DNA of 64,000 bases from NCBI GenBank assembly GCA_041660005.1, contig JBAZXG010000004.1, forward strand, positions 5,720 to 69,719, read 5' to 3'. A model generated the notes under the pieces. The model was not told the DNA's origin, did not search any database, and saw only the letters and a program-made list of their open reading frames with translations. Positions within the stretch are counted from its first letter, which is position 1, and every line of letters starts with the position of its first letter. Both the position numbers and the translations under genes were made by a program. Positions 30,184 to 39,374 of this stretch are shown piece by piece. This stretch comes from Patescibacteria group bacterium. Its GTDB lineage: Bacteria > Patescibacteriota > Patescibacteriia > GWA2-46-9.

Positions 30184-31728
30184 ATGAGCAGCACAAAATA
30201 CATACCTGTTATTGGCATGGAGGTACACGCCGAACTAAAGACAAACTCTAAAATGTTTTGCCGCTGCCTTAATGATTTTGGGCTTGAAGAGAAACCAAAT
30301 GTTAATGTTTGTCCGGTCTGCCTTGGCCACCCGGGTGCACTTCCGGTCGCAAATATTGAAGCGGTTAAAATGGTTATTAAAGTTGGCCTAGCACTCGGCG
30401 CTGACATTGCCAGGGTTTCAAAATTTGACCGTAAAAACTACTTTTATCCTGACCTCCCAAAGGGCTACCAAATAAGCCAGTACGACCAGCCACTAACCCA
30501 GCACGGTACGCTGGAGGCCAACGGCAAGGCCATAGCCATTACGCGGGTGCACCTTGAGGAAGATACCGGTAAACTGCAGCATCCGGACGGTGCAGAGTAC
30601 TCTCTAGTTGATTTTAACCGATCCGGCGTTCCTTTAATGGAGCTCGTTACTGAGCCTGATATTACCGGAGCCGCAGAGGCAAAAAAATTCTGCCAGGAGC
30701 TACAAATTTTGTTGCGTGCACTTGATGTGTCTGGTGCTGACATGGAAAAGGGGCAGATGCGCTGCGAAGCAAATATTTCGCTCATGCCCGCAAATAAGGA
30801 GCGCAAACCGGAAAATTTTGGCACCAAGGTTGAGGTCAAAAACCTGAACTCGTTTCGAGCAGTCGAGCGCGCCATCGAATATGAAATTACTCGCCAGGAA
30901 GCGGCGCTCGAGGCCGGTGAACTAGTACTCCAAGAAACGCGCGGGTGGAACGATAGCAAACAAGAAACATATTCGCAGCGCAGTAAAGAATCAGCGCATG
31001 ACTACCGCTACTTCCCTGAGCCAGATTTGCCACCAATGGTCTTGGGTCAAATTGACAAGCCGCAACCAGGCGCAATAGTCATTTCAATTGAAGACATTAA
31101 AGCAACGCTACCCGAACTACCGCAGCAACGTCGTGCAAGATTTATGGAAGAATACGCATTTTCAAAAGAAGATGCACATCTCCTCTCTTCGGATTTTGCA
31201 CTCGCCCATTTTACAGAAAATATCTTTGCAGAAATCAAAGGATGGCTAACGACACTTGAAGGAGTCGAAGGCGATGCTGAAGAAATTTGGGAGAAAGAAA
31301 AAAAGAAAGTCGGCAAGCTTGTGTCTGGATGGCTGACGAGCGAACTCTTTAAGCTGATGAATGAAAAAAAATTGACCATCACGGATATAAAGATTACGCC
31401 GACTGCGTTTGCTGGTTTTTTGAAACTTGTCTTTGAACGCAAGGTTAACAGCTCTGCAGCACAAATAGTTCTGCGCGAAATGTTTGAGACCGGTAAAGAC
31501 CCTGAAACGGTGTTAGAAGAAAAGGACTTGCACCAGGTGCACGACAGCGCTTCACTAGATGGAGTTATTGAAAAAATTATCACGGCAAACCCCGGACCTA
31601 TTGCCGACTATAAATCAGGTAAAGAAAACGCCCTGCAGTACCTCATTGGCCAGGGAATGAAAGAGGCCAAAGGTAAGGCAAACCCGGAGAAACTAAAGGA
31701 AATGATTAAGGCAAAGCTCGCCGAGTAG
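30184..31728 (+). CDS. gatB: Asp/Glu-tRNA(Asn/Gln) amidotransferase subunit B.
   Basis: N-terminal IGMEVHAELKTNSKMFCRC...CPVCLGHPGALP and the GatB/YqeY C-terminal domain. Confidence 0.9.
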   Translation: MSSTKYIPVIGMEVHAELKTNSKMFCRCLNDFGLEEKPNVNVCPVCLGHPGALPVANIEAVKMVIKVGLALGADIARVSKFDRKNYFYPDLPKGYQISQYDQPLTQHGTLEANGKAIAITRVHLEEDTGKLQHPDGAEYSLVDFNRSGVPLMELVTEPDITGAAEAKKFCQELQILLRALDVSGADMEKGQMRCEANISLMPANKERKPENFGTKVEVKNLNSFRAVERAIEYEITRQEAALEAGELVLQETRGWNDSKQETYSQRSKESAHDYRYFPEPDLPPMVLGQIDKPQPGAIVISIEDIKATLPELPQQRRARFMEEYAFSKEDAHLLSSDFALAHFTENIFAEIKGWLTTLEGVEGDAEEIWEKEKKKVGKLVSGWLTSELFKLMNEKKLTITDIKITPTAFAGFLKLVFERKVNSSAAQIVLREMFETGKDPETVLEEKDLHQVHDSASLDGVIEKIITANPGPIADYKSGKENALQYLIGQGMKEAKGKANPEKLKEMIKAKLAE

Positions 31729-31854
31729 TGTGTGGATAAGTCATAAACGCCAGTGTTTACTAGGCGTTGACGCAAGACACAAACGCTGATAGCATACGTC
31801 AGGGTATGCATATACCAAAGAAACAATTTCGAAACATAAACAGGGCTTAAATCT

Positions 31855-31879
31855 TCCCCGATCGTGGGGATTTTTTTTT
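31855..31879 (+). terminator. Rho-independent terminator (short hairpin plus T9) after gatB, just before the GC-rich gene.
   Basis: ccccg-atc-gtgggg-a then ttttttttt. Confidence 0.6.
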
Positions 31880-31906
31880 GCCCAAAAAAGGCAACGGAGG
31901 GACACC

Positions 31907-32527
31907 ATGAACGTTCGATCTTTACAGGCGAGGTTCGAAGACCTCTTCAACGAAACAAGGCTTGGCCACCGCTGGCTTCTCGTTGCGGCTATCGCTGACT
32001 GGGCTCTGCGAGCAACCGAGAGAGAGTTCTCCCAAGTGGTCGCGTTCGTCAAAGAACGCGAGGATGTCTGGGCATGGACAGCCGAGACTACTCGAGCACA
32101 CGCGCAGACCAAGGGCGATCCTCATTTCGGCTGGGCGCTCAACGCCGAAACCGCAATACAGGACGTTGGGTCTAATCTCACGCAAAAGCTAGAGGTGAGC
32201 CGAACGACCTGCGAGGCCATCGAGGTTCTTGCCCAACTGGCGATCCAGTGCGCGCTCGACACACGCTCGCCGCTTGCGGCAGAACTGATCTGTGAGTTGA
32301 TCGCCCTCGCTGCGGTAATGCCAAACGACACGACTGGGATCGTTCGGGGAGGAAGGCCTCTCATGTGGACGGTTGCGACAGCATCGTCACACTACGGCCC
32401 AGACGAGGTACGCTACGGCGACGACGCCCTGCTCATCGAAGAACGCCGACATATCCTCGAAGGCGCAGCCACGCTGCGTCACAACCCCGGAGTGGCAACG
32501 CCACTCTACGAAGGCCGATCACCATGA
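31907..32527 (+). CDS. Hypothetical protein in a GC-rich island.
   Basis: 206 aa, no recognisable motif. GGAGGG Shine-Dalgarno 7 nt upstream of the ATG. Composition is clearly GC-richer than gatB and miaA on either side. Confidence 0.5.
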   Translation: MNVRSLQARFEDLFNETRLGHRWLLVAAIADWALRATEREFSQVVAFVKEREDVWAWTAETTRAHAQTKGDPHFGWALNAETAIQDVGSNLTQKLEVSRTTCEAIEVLAQLAIQCALDTRSPLAAELICELIALAAVMPNDTTGIVRGGRPLMWTVATASSHYGPDEVRYGDDALLIEERRHILEGAATLRHNPGVATPLYEGRSP

Positions 32528-32543
32528 TCGGCCTTCACTCCTT

Positions 32544-33446
32544 TCATAACCTTAACCAATCCTTGGTTAGCTTCTTTGCTTCTTCAGCGCTATCTGTCCA
32601 AAAAATACTTTTATCTCTTTTCCACCACGTCATTTGCCGTTTGGCGTACTGGTAGGTATGAGTAACAATTTTTTCTATACATTCTTCCTTTGAAATTTTT
32701 TTGTCCAGATACAAGGCAACTTCTGGATAACCAATACCACTCATAGAAGGCAATGATAAATCGTAGCGCCTTCGAAGCCGCCTCGTTTCTTCAATTAAAC
32801 CGTGAGTCATCATTTGCCTCACACGCTTATCAATGCGCTCACGCAATATCGTACGGTCCATTTGAATGCCAAGTTTTAAAACATCGTAATGCATTCCTTT
32901 TTTCGTTCTGCCGGTAATCGACGAGTTACCAATAGCACTTGCCACTTCTATAGCACGAATAACTCTCCGAGCGTTTTTAGCGTCAACTCGCGCTGAAACT
33001 AAAGGATCAAGACGCTCTAATTTTTCAACCAAATGCGACAAACCATGTTTTTCAAGCTCACGCTCGAGTTTTGTCCTCAATTTTTTATCTGGTGGAATTT
33101 GTGGCACATCCCAATTTTCTACCAGCGCATCAATAAAAAGCGCTGTTCCGCCAACAACTATCGGCAGTTTTTTGCGCTTATGAATTAGAGCAATCGCTTT
33201 TGCAGCATCCTCCTTAAACCTTTGAACAGAATACGGTTTGTCAGGGTCAACAATACTAACAAGCTGCTGCTTTATACCGCGTGGCGGGACAAGTTTAGCG
33301 GTGGCAACGTCCATTCCACGGTAGACTTGCCTCGAATCAGCAGAAATAAGTTCGCCTTGAAATTTTCGAGCAAGCTTAATAGCGAGATCAGATTTTCCCG
33401 ATGCAGTTGGACCAAGAATAACTAAAACTTTTTTCTGATTAATCAC
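32544..33446 (-). CDS. miaA: tRNA dimethylallyltransferase, with a GTG start.
   Basis: VLVILGPTASGKSDLAIKLA P-loop and DSRQVYRGMDVATAK. Confidence 0.9.
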   Translation of the reverse strand: MINQKKVLVILGPTASGKSDLAIKLARKFQGELISADSRQVYRGMDVATAKLVPPRGIKQQLVSIVDPDKPYSVQRFKEDAAKAIALIHKRKKLPIVVGGTALFIDALVENWDVPQIPPDKKLRTKLERELEKHGLSHLVEKLERLDPLVSARVDAKNARRVIRAIEVASAIGNSSITGRTKKGMHYDVLKLGIQMDRTILRERIDKRVRQMMTHGLIEETRRLRRRYDLSLPSMSGIGYPEVALYLDKKISKEECIEKIVTHTYQYAKRQMTWWKRDKSIFWTDSAEEAKKLTKDWLRL

Positions 33447-33484
33447 TACGCAATACTAACTTAATAAGATAAATCGCTCAAGAA

Positions 33485-33782
33485 CAGAAAAAACCCTATT
33501 CGGGTTTATCGATCTTACAAATGGCTATTTGCCACTAGCCATTTGCTAACTTATATATTCGCCCAAAGAACCAAAGAAATAAAAAGTGTAAGTGCACTAC
33601 CGAATACGAAAAAATTATCGTCAATGGTTTCTAGCCACCGCTGAACGCCTGTTGTTTTTAAAATGGGGAAAAATACACCAAAAGTACCAGCCAAGAGCTC
33701 GCGCATACTTTTATTTTTTGTTTTATTTTACGAACTTTACGAACGTATTATATAGTATAGCGTATTTTTTCAAAAAAATCAA
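33485..33782 (-). ncRNA. Candidate small RNA or regulatory transcript. A strong promoter (TTGATT-17-TATACT), about 260 nt of AT-rich non-coding sequence, then a rho-independent terminator.
   Basis: Minus-strand -35 at 33777-82 and -10 at 33754-59. Terminator aaaccc-tattc-gggttt plus U6 at 33487-33507. A direct repeat GUUCGUAAA x2 sits near the 5' end and an internal hairpin atggcta/tagccat is present. No ORF longer than 15 codons. miaA has its own promoter-like TTGAGC-16/17-TAGTAT downstream. Confidence 0.4.
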
Positions 33783-33783
33783 G

Positions 33784-33830
33784 TTAAAAACGATTGAGCC
33801 GGTGCAGTCCTCCTTGATCTGCACCGGCTC
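33784..33830 (-). terminator. Rho-independent terminator of the GC-rich 33850..34416 gene.
   Basis: Perfect 12-bp stem gagccggtgcag / ctgcaccggctc with an 11-nt loop, followed on the minus strand by UUUUUA. Confidence 0.75.
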
Positions 33831-33849
33831 CCTCTCGTAAATTGATTGC

Positions 33850-34416
33850 TCAGCCCCCGCCAAGCGTGAGCAACGCGAATTCGAACGCATCCGAAATCGC
33901 AATCCAACTGCCAGCTGTTACGCTCTTGCTCATAGCCGCAGTTGCCCAGACGAGCTCTCCGAGTTCCCACTCAACATGAACCCGAACGGGTGAATCAGCA
34001 CCCGACGACCCATTTGCTGGCTTGACCGTGTAATCGGTCAGTGTGAGCTGTTCAAGTCCTGGGTAGGTACCCTTGAGGGCACGCCGTGCCGCCATGTCGA
34101 GGGCACACACAGGGCCGTTTCCCGGAGCAGCGACGTGCAACGGCTCGGCGACACCACGAATCCTAATATTGAGGGTTGCCTCTGCCTGACTGTGACCCTC
34201 TGAATCGCCGATCTCGTAGATTCGATACCGATCAGCAACGAAGGGCAATTCGTAACCCGGTGTTGATTGCAAGAGCCGCATGCCAAGAGAGACGACCTCA
34301 CGCACCTCGTAGCCGCCACTTCCGCCAAGAATCTCGGCGACAAATTCAGCGGTCCCACCGGACAGGTCAAGCCCTAACCGTCGGAAATGCCCAAGAGTCA
34401 CGTTTGTCTTCCTCAT
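33850..34416 (-). CDS. Hypothetical protein in a GC-rich island, resembling a standalone LeuA C-terminal regulatory (LeuA_dimer-like) domain.
   Basis: GNGPVCALDMAARRAL and a C-terminal SKSVTAGSWIAISDAFEFAL resemble the two beta-alpha-beta halves of the LeuA allosteric domain (recalled from memory, not searched). The Met at 34416 is preceded by GGAGGA; the track ORF extends to 34491. Confidence 0.35.
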   Translation of the reverse strand: MRKTNVTLGHFRRLGLDLSGGTAEFVAEILGGSGGYEVREVVSLGMRLLQSTPGYELPFVADRYRIYEIGDSEGHSQAEATLNIRIRGVAEPLHVAAPGNGPVCALDMAARRALKGTYPGLEQLTLTDYTVKPANGSSGADSPVRVHVEWELGELVWATAAMSKSVTAGSWIAISDAFEFALLTLGGG

Positions 34417-34502
34417 CTTATCCTCCGCAAATTGCGTTCTTCGGTTGTAACGAACGGGGAAGTGAATCCCCTCCTCACTTCCCGCATCCATTTCTCGATG
34501 GA

Positions 34503-34533
34503 TACAAAACGCCAGCCCGGTGAAGGGCTGGCG
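34503..34533 (-). terminator. Rho-independent terminator of the giant subtilase gene.
   Basis: Perfect 9-bp stem cgccagccc / gggctggcg with loop ggtgaa, and a U-rich tract on the minus strand. Confidence 0.6.
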
Positions 34534-34679
34534 CTGGAATTCAAGTTAATCTTTAACTACAGCGTAAACCTTCCACCCCACAAGGGCTGGCTAATAATAA
34601 TGCTAATAATCTGGGCAAAAATCACTCTCTTCATATCTGTTAGGGCTATGTTACCACGACTAAATGAGGTGTCAATAAC

Positions 34680-37600
34680 TTAGTTCGTTGACCCGCCGGG
34701 TGCAAAGAGGACGGGTTCTAGGCCAGTCACCGGAGCGCCATCGGGGTACGCAAACTGCATTTCACTAATACCCCGCACAAAGTACTCCAACTGAAACTGG
34801 TTCTCTCGCATTCCACGGTCAGTTATCAGTCGGCGTTGTCCGTTCATCATTACATAGCGAAGGTGTGATCCGGCATAATTAAACACAGTGCCGTCCGGAT
34901 GCGGCGAAGACATCGTTAATGGTTCTCCTACGGTGTACTGCACCATAACGTCATCTGGAAGCGTGACAATGCGATCTCTCCAATTGGTGCCATACAACCT
35001 CTCCCCCACATCGTCAGTTTCAATCCAATGCAATACTCCACCGGGCGAAACAGCATAGACGTGTGGATCAGTTTCTATTTTTACCAAACGAGTTCCCGGA
35101 CGAACATGCGTTATGCCACTCAAAGGGTAGTAACTTAACTCCTCATCAGTTATGGCAATGACCTTTGGGTCTCTTTTGTACCAGCTACGGAACGTAACAC
35201 CATCTTCGAGGAAAGCATAGCGTTTACCATCATACCCAACAAAATACAGAGTATCGGGCCACACAGCTTTCACTACATCACCAGGGGCGGCTCGCCAGTG
35301 CGTCGGTTCGGCGCCAAGATAACGACCAGATCTTTCGTTGTCGCGATGAAACGTAGGCCATGGACTAAGAGTATTCCCGTCTGTGGTTCCATCGAGCTCC
35401 CAAACATAAATTGAACTACGATACTTGCTGTTCCTGGTCGACATCTCCGAATCCCAATCAGAACTTGCCACAATCTCAACCTTACCGTCGTTATCGATAT
35501 CAGCAACGGTTGCCGGTGCCTGTGCGTCCTGTTCAGTAATCTTAGGAAAGCCAGGTAAAACAATTCCAGCTGCGTCCCAAGCGTAAACACCGCCACCAAC
35601 CGATATGCCGCCGGCTGTTGTCAGTACATCTACTTTGTCGTCTGCGTCTACATCACTAATAATCGTAGAGTAATAATCATTCCACCCTGTCTGCTTTGGC
35701 CAACCAGGCATAAACGTGCCATCACTCTCAAAAGCTGCCGTTTCAAGGCCAAGACTACTGCCAACAACCTCTAAGTCCCCATCGTTGTCTAGATCGGCGA
35801 GTGAAGGTGATGACCAGAAATTATAACCCTTTCGTGCCGGCCAGCCCGGTAACATGTTTCCGCCTCGGTCAAAAACCGCCAGCCCGCCATAATTATAATC
35901 GGGCCATATCTCAGAGGCGTACTGCAAACCAACAACAATATCTTCGCGTCCGTCTTTGTCTAGGTCTCCAATAGCAGGAGATGAAAAAATTATACCCTGC
36001 GTGATAACGGGCCAACCATCTACCAAAGAACCATCCATATTGAACACTAAAATCTCACCATCGTTATTCCATCCTACAAATTTACCATCCTCAACGATTC
36101 CTCCTGCTTTTTCCGAAGGACGCACAATGACAATTTCAAGATCTTCGTCGTCGTCAAAATTACCTACCGCCGGCGTCGATTCATGATCGGCTCCCCAAGA
36201 ATTCTTTGAAAGTTGCCAGTCCGAGTACACAGTACCGTCGCTTCGCAGCACGGTAACATAATCTTCCCATGAACGAGAATGAATAATTATTTCGTACCGA
36301 CCATCTCGGTCAAGATCGGCCGCGGCAATGGTCGAACTGTAAGACGAAGGAATGACCCGAGGCCATCCCGCCAACATCTTACCCCTCGCATCAAAGCCGT
36401 AAATGTTAGAACCACTACCATCGTCAAACTGGTTGGTAACAAATATTTCTTTTTTCCCGTCGCCGTCGACATCGATTACTAATGGAATGTGCAGGTTGCC
36501 GCCAGTGGCAGCCCCGGTTCCGACATCGCTTACCCATAGTTGTTTCCCGCTGTCTGAAAAAGCGTACAACTTGGGAGGTTTACCGCCAACGTACGCGATA
36601 ATTTCCTTTTTTCCTTTGCCGTTGATATCACTAACGACTGGTGTAGCGTAACCGCCCCAAATTTTGCAGCCCGGTCCTGGTGCTGGGAACCAGTCATCAG
36701 CACAATCTTCAAAAGGTAACCTAACCGGCCAACCCTCCTTGAGAGTTGAGTCTAAGTAGACATGAACAGTAGACTGTTCGATTGTTGATCCGTACGTTAC
36801 GGTAACGTTTAAACTATACCAACCAGTAGAGAGCCCTCTGGTATCCCAGGCCTTAAGCGAACGAATTTTTGTCCAGCTGGTTGGCTGGTACCCTGACCCG
36901 TATTCAATACTCGTAACTTTTGCTCTGAGACCAGCTACCGCACGTATGTCTACCGGAACAACATCTCCCGCTCGTATAACATCTGAATCCAAGGGCGAAA
37001 CAAAAGTGACATTTTTAACAGAGACGTAGCCGTAATCTACGGCGCGCTCTATTACTTCTTGCCCGTCATATTTCTTCGCAACCACCCTAACCACGTAATC
37101 ACCACTAGACATTTTAAATGTGTCCAAAGGCCACACGATGTGCTCAAACCCTCCGCCATAGTTCTGGTGGAAAAGTTCTACCCAAGCATCTTCACTCGCA
37201 CTACTAGCGAGAGGTGCGTAGCTAAGAAATATCTGCCCACCACCAACGCTCTGAACAGTATAATCAATGTTTCGTATCTGACCCTCGCTCAAGATAGGTT
37301 GAATATTAACAATGGTTGGATGGTTTGGAATAGCCGCCGCCTTCAATACATCAATGCGACCACTTCCTTGCTCAATCGCAGTAACACCCAGGTTAGAAGC
37401 CGTATTTTTGAAAGCCGCTTTTATTTCCCGTGCACTCCAATCCGGATGCAATTGTTTTAAAAGTGCCGCCGCCCCAGCGACATGCGGGGTAGCCATTGAG
37501 GTGCCGGAGATCGCAATGTGTTCGCTGTCTAAACAGAGAGACCCATTAGCGTAATTGTCGTGCTGAGCAGCGCAAATACCAACCCCCGGAGCTGTTATAT

Positions 37601-38963
37601 CCGGCTTTACAAATGTTTGCTTATTATAACTGACTGGACCGCGCGAGCTGAAGTAAGCCAACTCTTCTTTCCCGTTAGAATCCAAAACCTTAGTACTAGC
37701 TCCAACTGTTATAACTTCCCTCGCCATACCAGGACTCCCGACCGATCCACTTGACGGCCCGGAATTGCCGGCCGCTACCGCAACCACAGTGCCTGCCAAC
37801 ATAGCGTTGTTTACAGCGGTTGATATGGGATCATCCGGGCTTCCCCAACCGCCGAGACTTAAGTTAATGACGTCAACTGCGTCTGAAGGGTCACCATCGC
37901 CATTTGGATCCATAGCCCGCTCTACCCCCTCAATGACGGCCGTCGTCGATCCTGACCCGGATTCATTTAAAACTTTATAAGCATAAATTGTAGCGTCAGG
38001 TGCCACACCTTTGAGTACACCGTTACCGGCGGCAGTAGCGGCCACATGCGTCCCATGCCCATGGTCGTCCATTGGATCGCTGTCGTTATTGATGACATCA
38101 TACCCACCGGCGACTTTACAGTTCGAACCTACGGCATTGCACCCGCCCAAGTCAGGATGCGTATAGTCAACACCGGTATCGACAATGGCAATTGTTACCC
38201 CCTGACCAGTAACAGCAGCACCACTGCTGTCAGTTTTTTCCCATAATGTATCTGCCTCAATCAAAGGAACTGAATCTGACAAATTAATTTGCGTAATATA
38301 ATTTGGCCAAAGCGTATACCCCGACCGTCTGATGTCGGCTGCCTCCTTGTCAGTGATATTTAGTTCAACACCATTAAAAACATTTGCAAACTGCCTACCG
38401 ACCGCAAGCGAAGGCAGCGAACGCTTGAGGTTCAAGAGTGCGACTTGCTGCTCGTTATTAATAACCGCTTTTCTATTAGCAAACCTTTGTTTGCTTAATT
38501 TACTTTGTTCGACTAACTGTTTTTCTAAATTTTTTATCGCCTTTGTACTTTTAGTTTGGCGAAGCTGCGTTGTAATGCCTCTCCGCTCTTCATCAATTTC
38601 TGTTTTTAACTGAGCGAGAGGTTCAGTATGAAGTTCTAAAATGTACCCGTTATATTTCCCCTGAGAAAACGACTGCATTGCTGATGAGGGTAACCCTGAA
38701 GTGGAGGCACCACCGGCCATGCCTGTGTATATTGAGGGATTTCCTTGTGTGCTATGTAAAATCTGAGGAAACAATACACCACTGTTCTGCGTCTTTTCTG
38801 CACTATTTCTAACACCCAGAGTGGTAGGCGTCGCTGAGTAATCAATTTTTGCACTAGCGCCTACTGGTGCGACGACTGATACGAGCATTGAAGCGACAAC
38901 GACGACATGGAGCGACTTCGACCAGACTTTTATCAGGCGAGAAAACCGACTCAATGGGGTCAT
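34680..38963 (-). CDS. Giant secreted subtilisin-like serine protease (peptidase S8) fused to an 8-blade FG-GAP beta-propeller and a C-terminal domain of unknown function. 1427 aa from the likely ATG.
   Basis: Signal peptide MTPLSRFSRLIKVWSKSLHVVVVASMLVSVVAPVGASA|K. Catalytic triad motifs AIVDTGVDYTHPDL (Asp), HGHGTHVAATAAG (His) and GTSMATPHVAGAAALL (Ser). Eight FG-GAP-like repeats (DINGKGKKEII, DVDGDGKKEIFV, DLDRDGRYEIII, GNFDDDEDLEIVIV, DLDKDGREDIVV, DLDNDGDLEVVG, DVDADDKVDVLT, DIDNDGKVEIVA). The track ORF starts at an upstream TTG at 39017. Confidence 0.85.
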   Translation of the reverse strand: MTPLSRFSRLIKVWSKSLHVVVVASMLVSVVAPVGASAKIDYSATPTTLGVRNSAEKTQNSGVLFPQILHSTQGNPSIYTGMAGGASTSGLPSSAMQSFSQGKYNGYILELHTEPLAQLKTEIDEERRGITTQLRQTKSTKAIKNLEKQLVEQSKLSKQRFANRKAVINNEQQVALLNLKRSLPSLAVGRQFANVFNGVELNITDKEAADIRRSGYTLWPNYITQINLSDSVPLIEADTLWEKTDSSGAAVTGQGVTIAIVDTGVDYTHPDLGGCNAVGSNCKVAGGYDVINNDSDPMDDHGHGTHVAATAAGNGVLKGVAPDATIYAYKVLNESGSGSTTAVIEGVERAMDPNGDGDPSDAVDVINLSLGGWGSPDDPISTAVNNAMLAGTVVAVAAGNSGPSSGSVGSPGMAREVITVGASTKVLDSNGKEELAYFSSRGPVSYNKQTFVKPDITAPGVGICAAQHDNYANGSLCLDSEHIAISGTSMATPHVAGAAALLKQLHPDWSAREIKAAFKNTASNLGVTAIEQGSGRIDVLKAAAIPNHPTIVNIQPILSEGQIRNIDYTVQSVGGGQIFLSYAPLASSASEDAWVELFHQNYGGGFEHIVWPLDTFKMSSGDYVVRVVAKKYDGQEVIERAVDYGYVSVKNVTFVSPLDSDVIRAGDVVPVDIRAVAGLRAKVTSIEYGSGYQPTSWTKIRSLKAWDTRGLSTGWYSLNVTVTYGSTIEQSTVHVYLDSTLKEGWPVRLPFEDCADDWFPAPGPGCKIWGGYATPVVSDINGKGKKEIIAYVGGKPPKLYAFSDSGKQLWVSDVGTGAATGGNLHIPLVIDVDGDGKKEIFVTNQFDDGSGSNIYGFDARGKMLAGWPRVIPSSYSSTIAAADLDRDGRYEIIIHSRSWEDYVTVLRSDGTVYSDWQLSKNSWGADHESTPAVGNFDDDEDLEIVIVRPSEKAGGIVEDGKFVGWNNDGEILVFNMDGSLVDGWPVITQGIIFSSPAIGDLDKDGREDIVVGLQYASEIWPDYNYGGLAVFDRGGNMLPGWPARKGYNFWSSPSLADLDNDGDLEVVGSSLGLETAAFESDGTFMPGWPKQTGWNDYYSTIISDVDADDKVDVLTTAGGISVGGGVYAWDAAGIVLPGFPKITEQDAQAPATVADIDNDGKVEIVASSDWDSEMSTRNSKYRSSIYVWELDGTTDGNTLSPWPTFHRDNERSGRYLGAEPTHWRAAPGDVVKAVWPDTLYFVGYDGKRYAFLEDGVTFRSWYKRDPKVIAITDEELSYYPLSGITHVRPGTRLVKIETDPHVYAVSPGGVLHWIETDDVGERLYGTNWRDRIVTLPDDVMVQYTVGEPLTMSSPHPDGTVFNYAGSHLRYVMMNGQRRLITDRGMRENQFQLEYFVRGISEMQFAYPDGAPVTGLEPVLFAPGGSTN

Positions 38964-39220
38964 AGTGTTCAAAAAAATTAGAGAAAACCCTTTTAGAAGG
39001 GTTGAATATCTTAGCAAAAATTAGCTTTTTGTCAAGGCGACTGCGGGGACCCACTATAAAATGACCAAAAAGCGAAGGTATCATTTTTTTATACCAACGC
39101 AGGCAGCGACGACGCAAAAAGATATAAATGGTATTAACCCCAGGGCTAAGCCCTGGATTTCTCAATTCGCCCGTGGGCGAAGTGAGAAAGGGAGCGCGAC
39201 AGAGCTACGCAAGTATCAAA

Positions 39221-39256
39221 TTACACCATTTTGTGCGTACGCACAAAATGGTGTAA
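39221..39256. repeat. Perfect 36-bp palindrome (inverted repeat) between the thrS 3' end and the subtilase promoter region.
   Basis: ttacaccattttgtgcgtacgcacaaaatggtgtaa is exactly self-complementary. There is no convincing U-tract on either side. Confidence 0.7.
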
Positions 39257-39374
39257 AAATCATAATAAGTGATATTAAACCCTTTGACTCTAACGTCGCT
39301 CGGAAATGCAAATTGCAGTTTGTACTTTGCTCGAATATCCAGCAATAAATGTAGTCCGTCAGTTTTACGGCGCC

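Noticed and set aside
33592-33840. 82-aa plus-strand ORF in the miaA / GC-island spacer.
   Set aside because: Low-complexity F/Y/K-rich translation of AT-rich DNA, with no RBS. The region has promoter and terminator signals on the opposite strand, consistent with a non-coding RNA.
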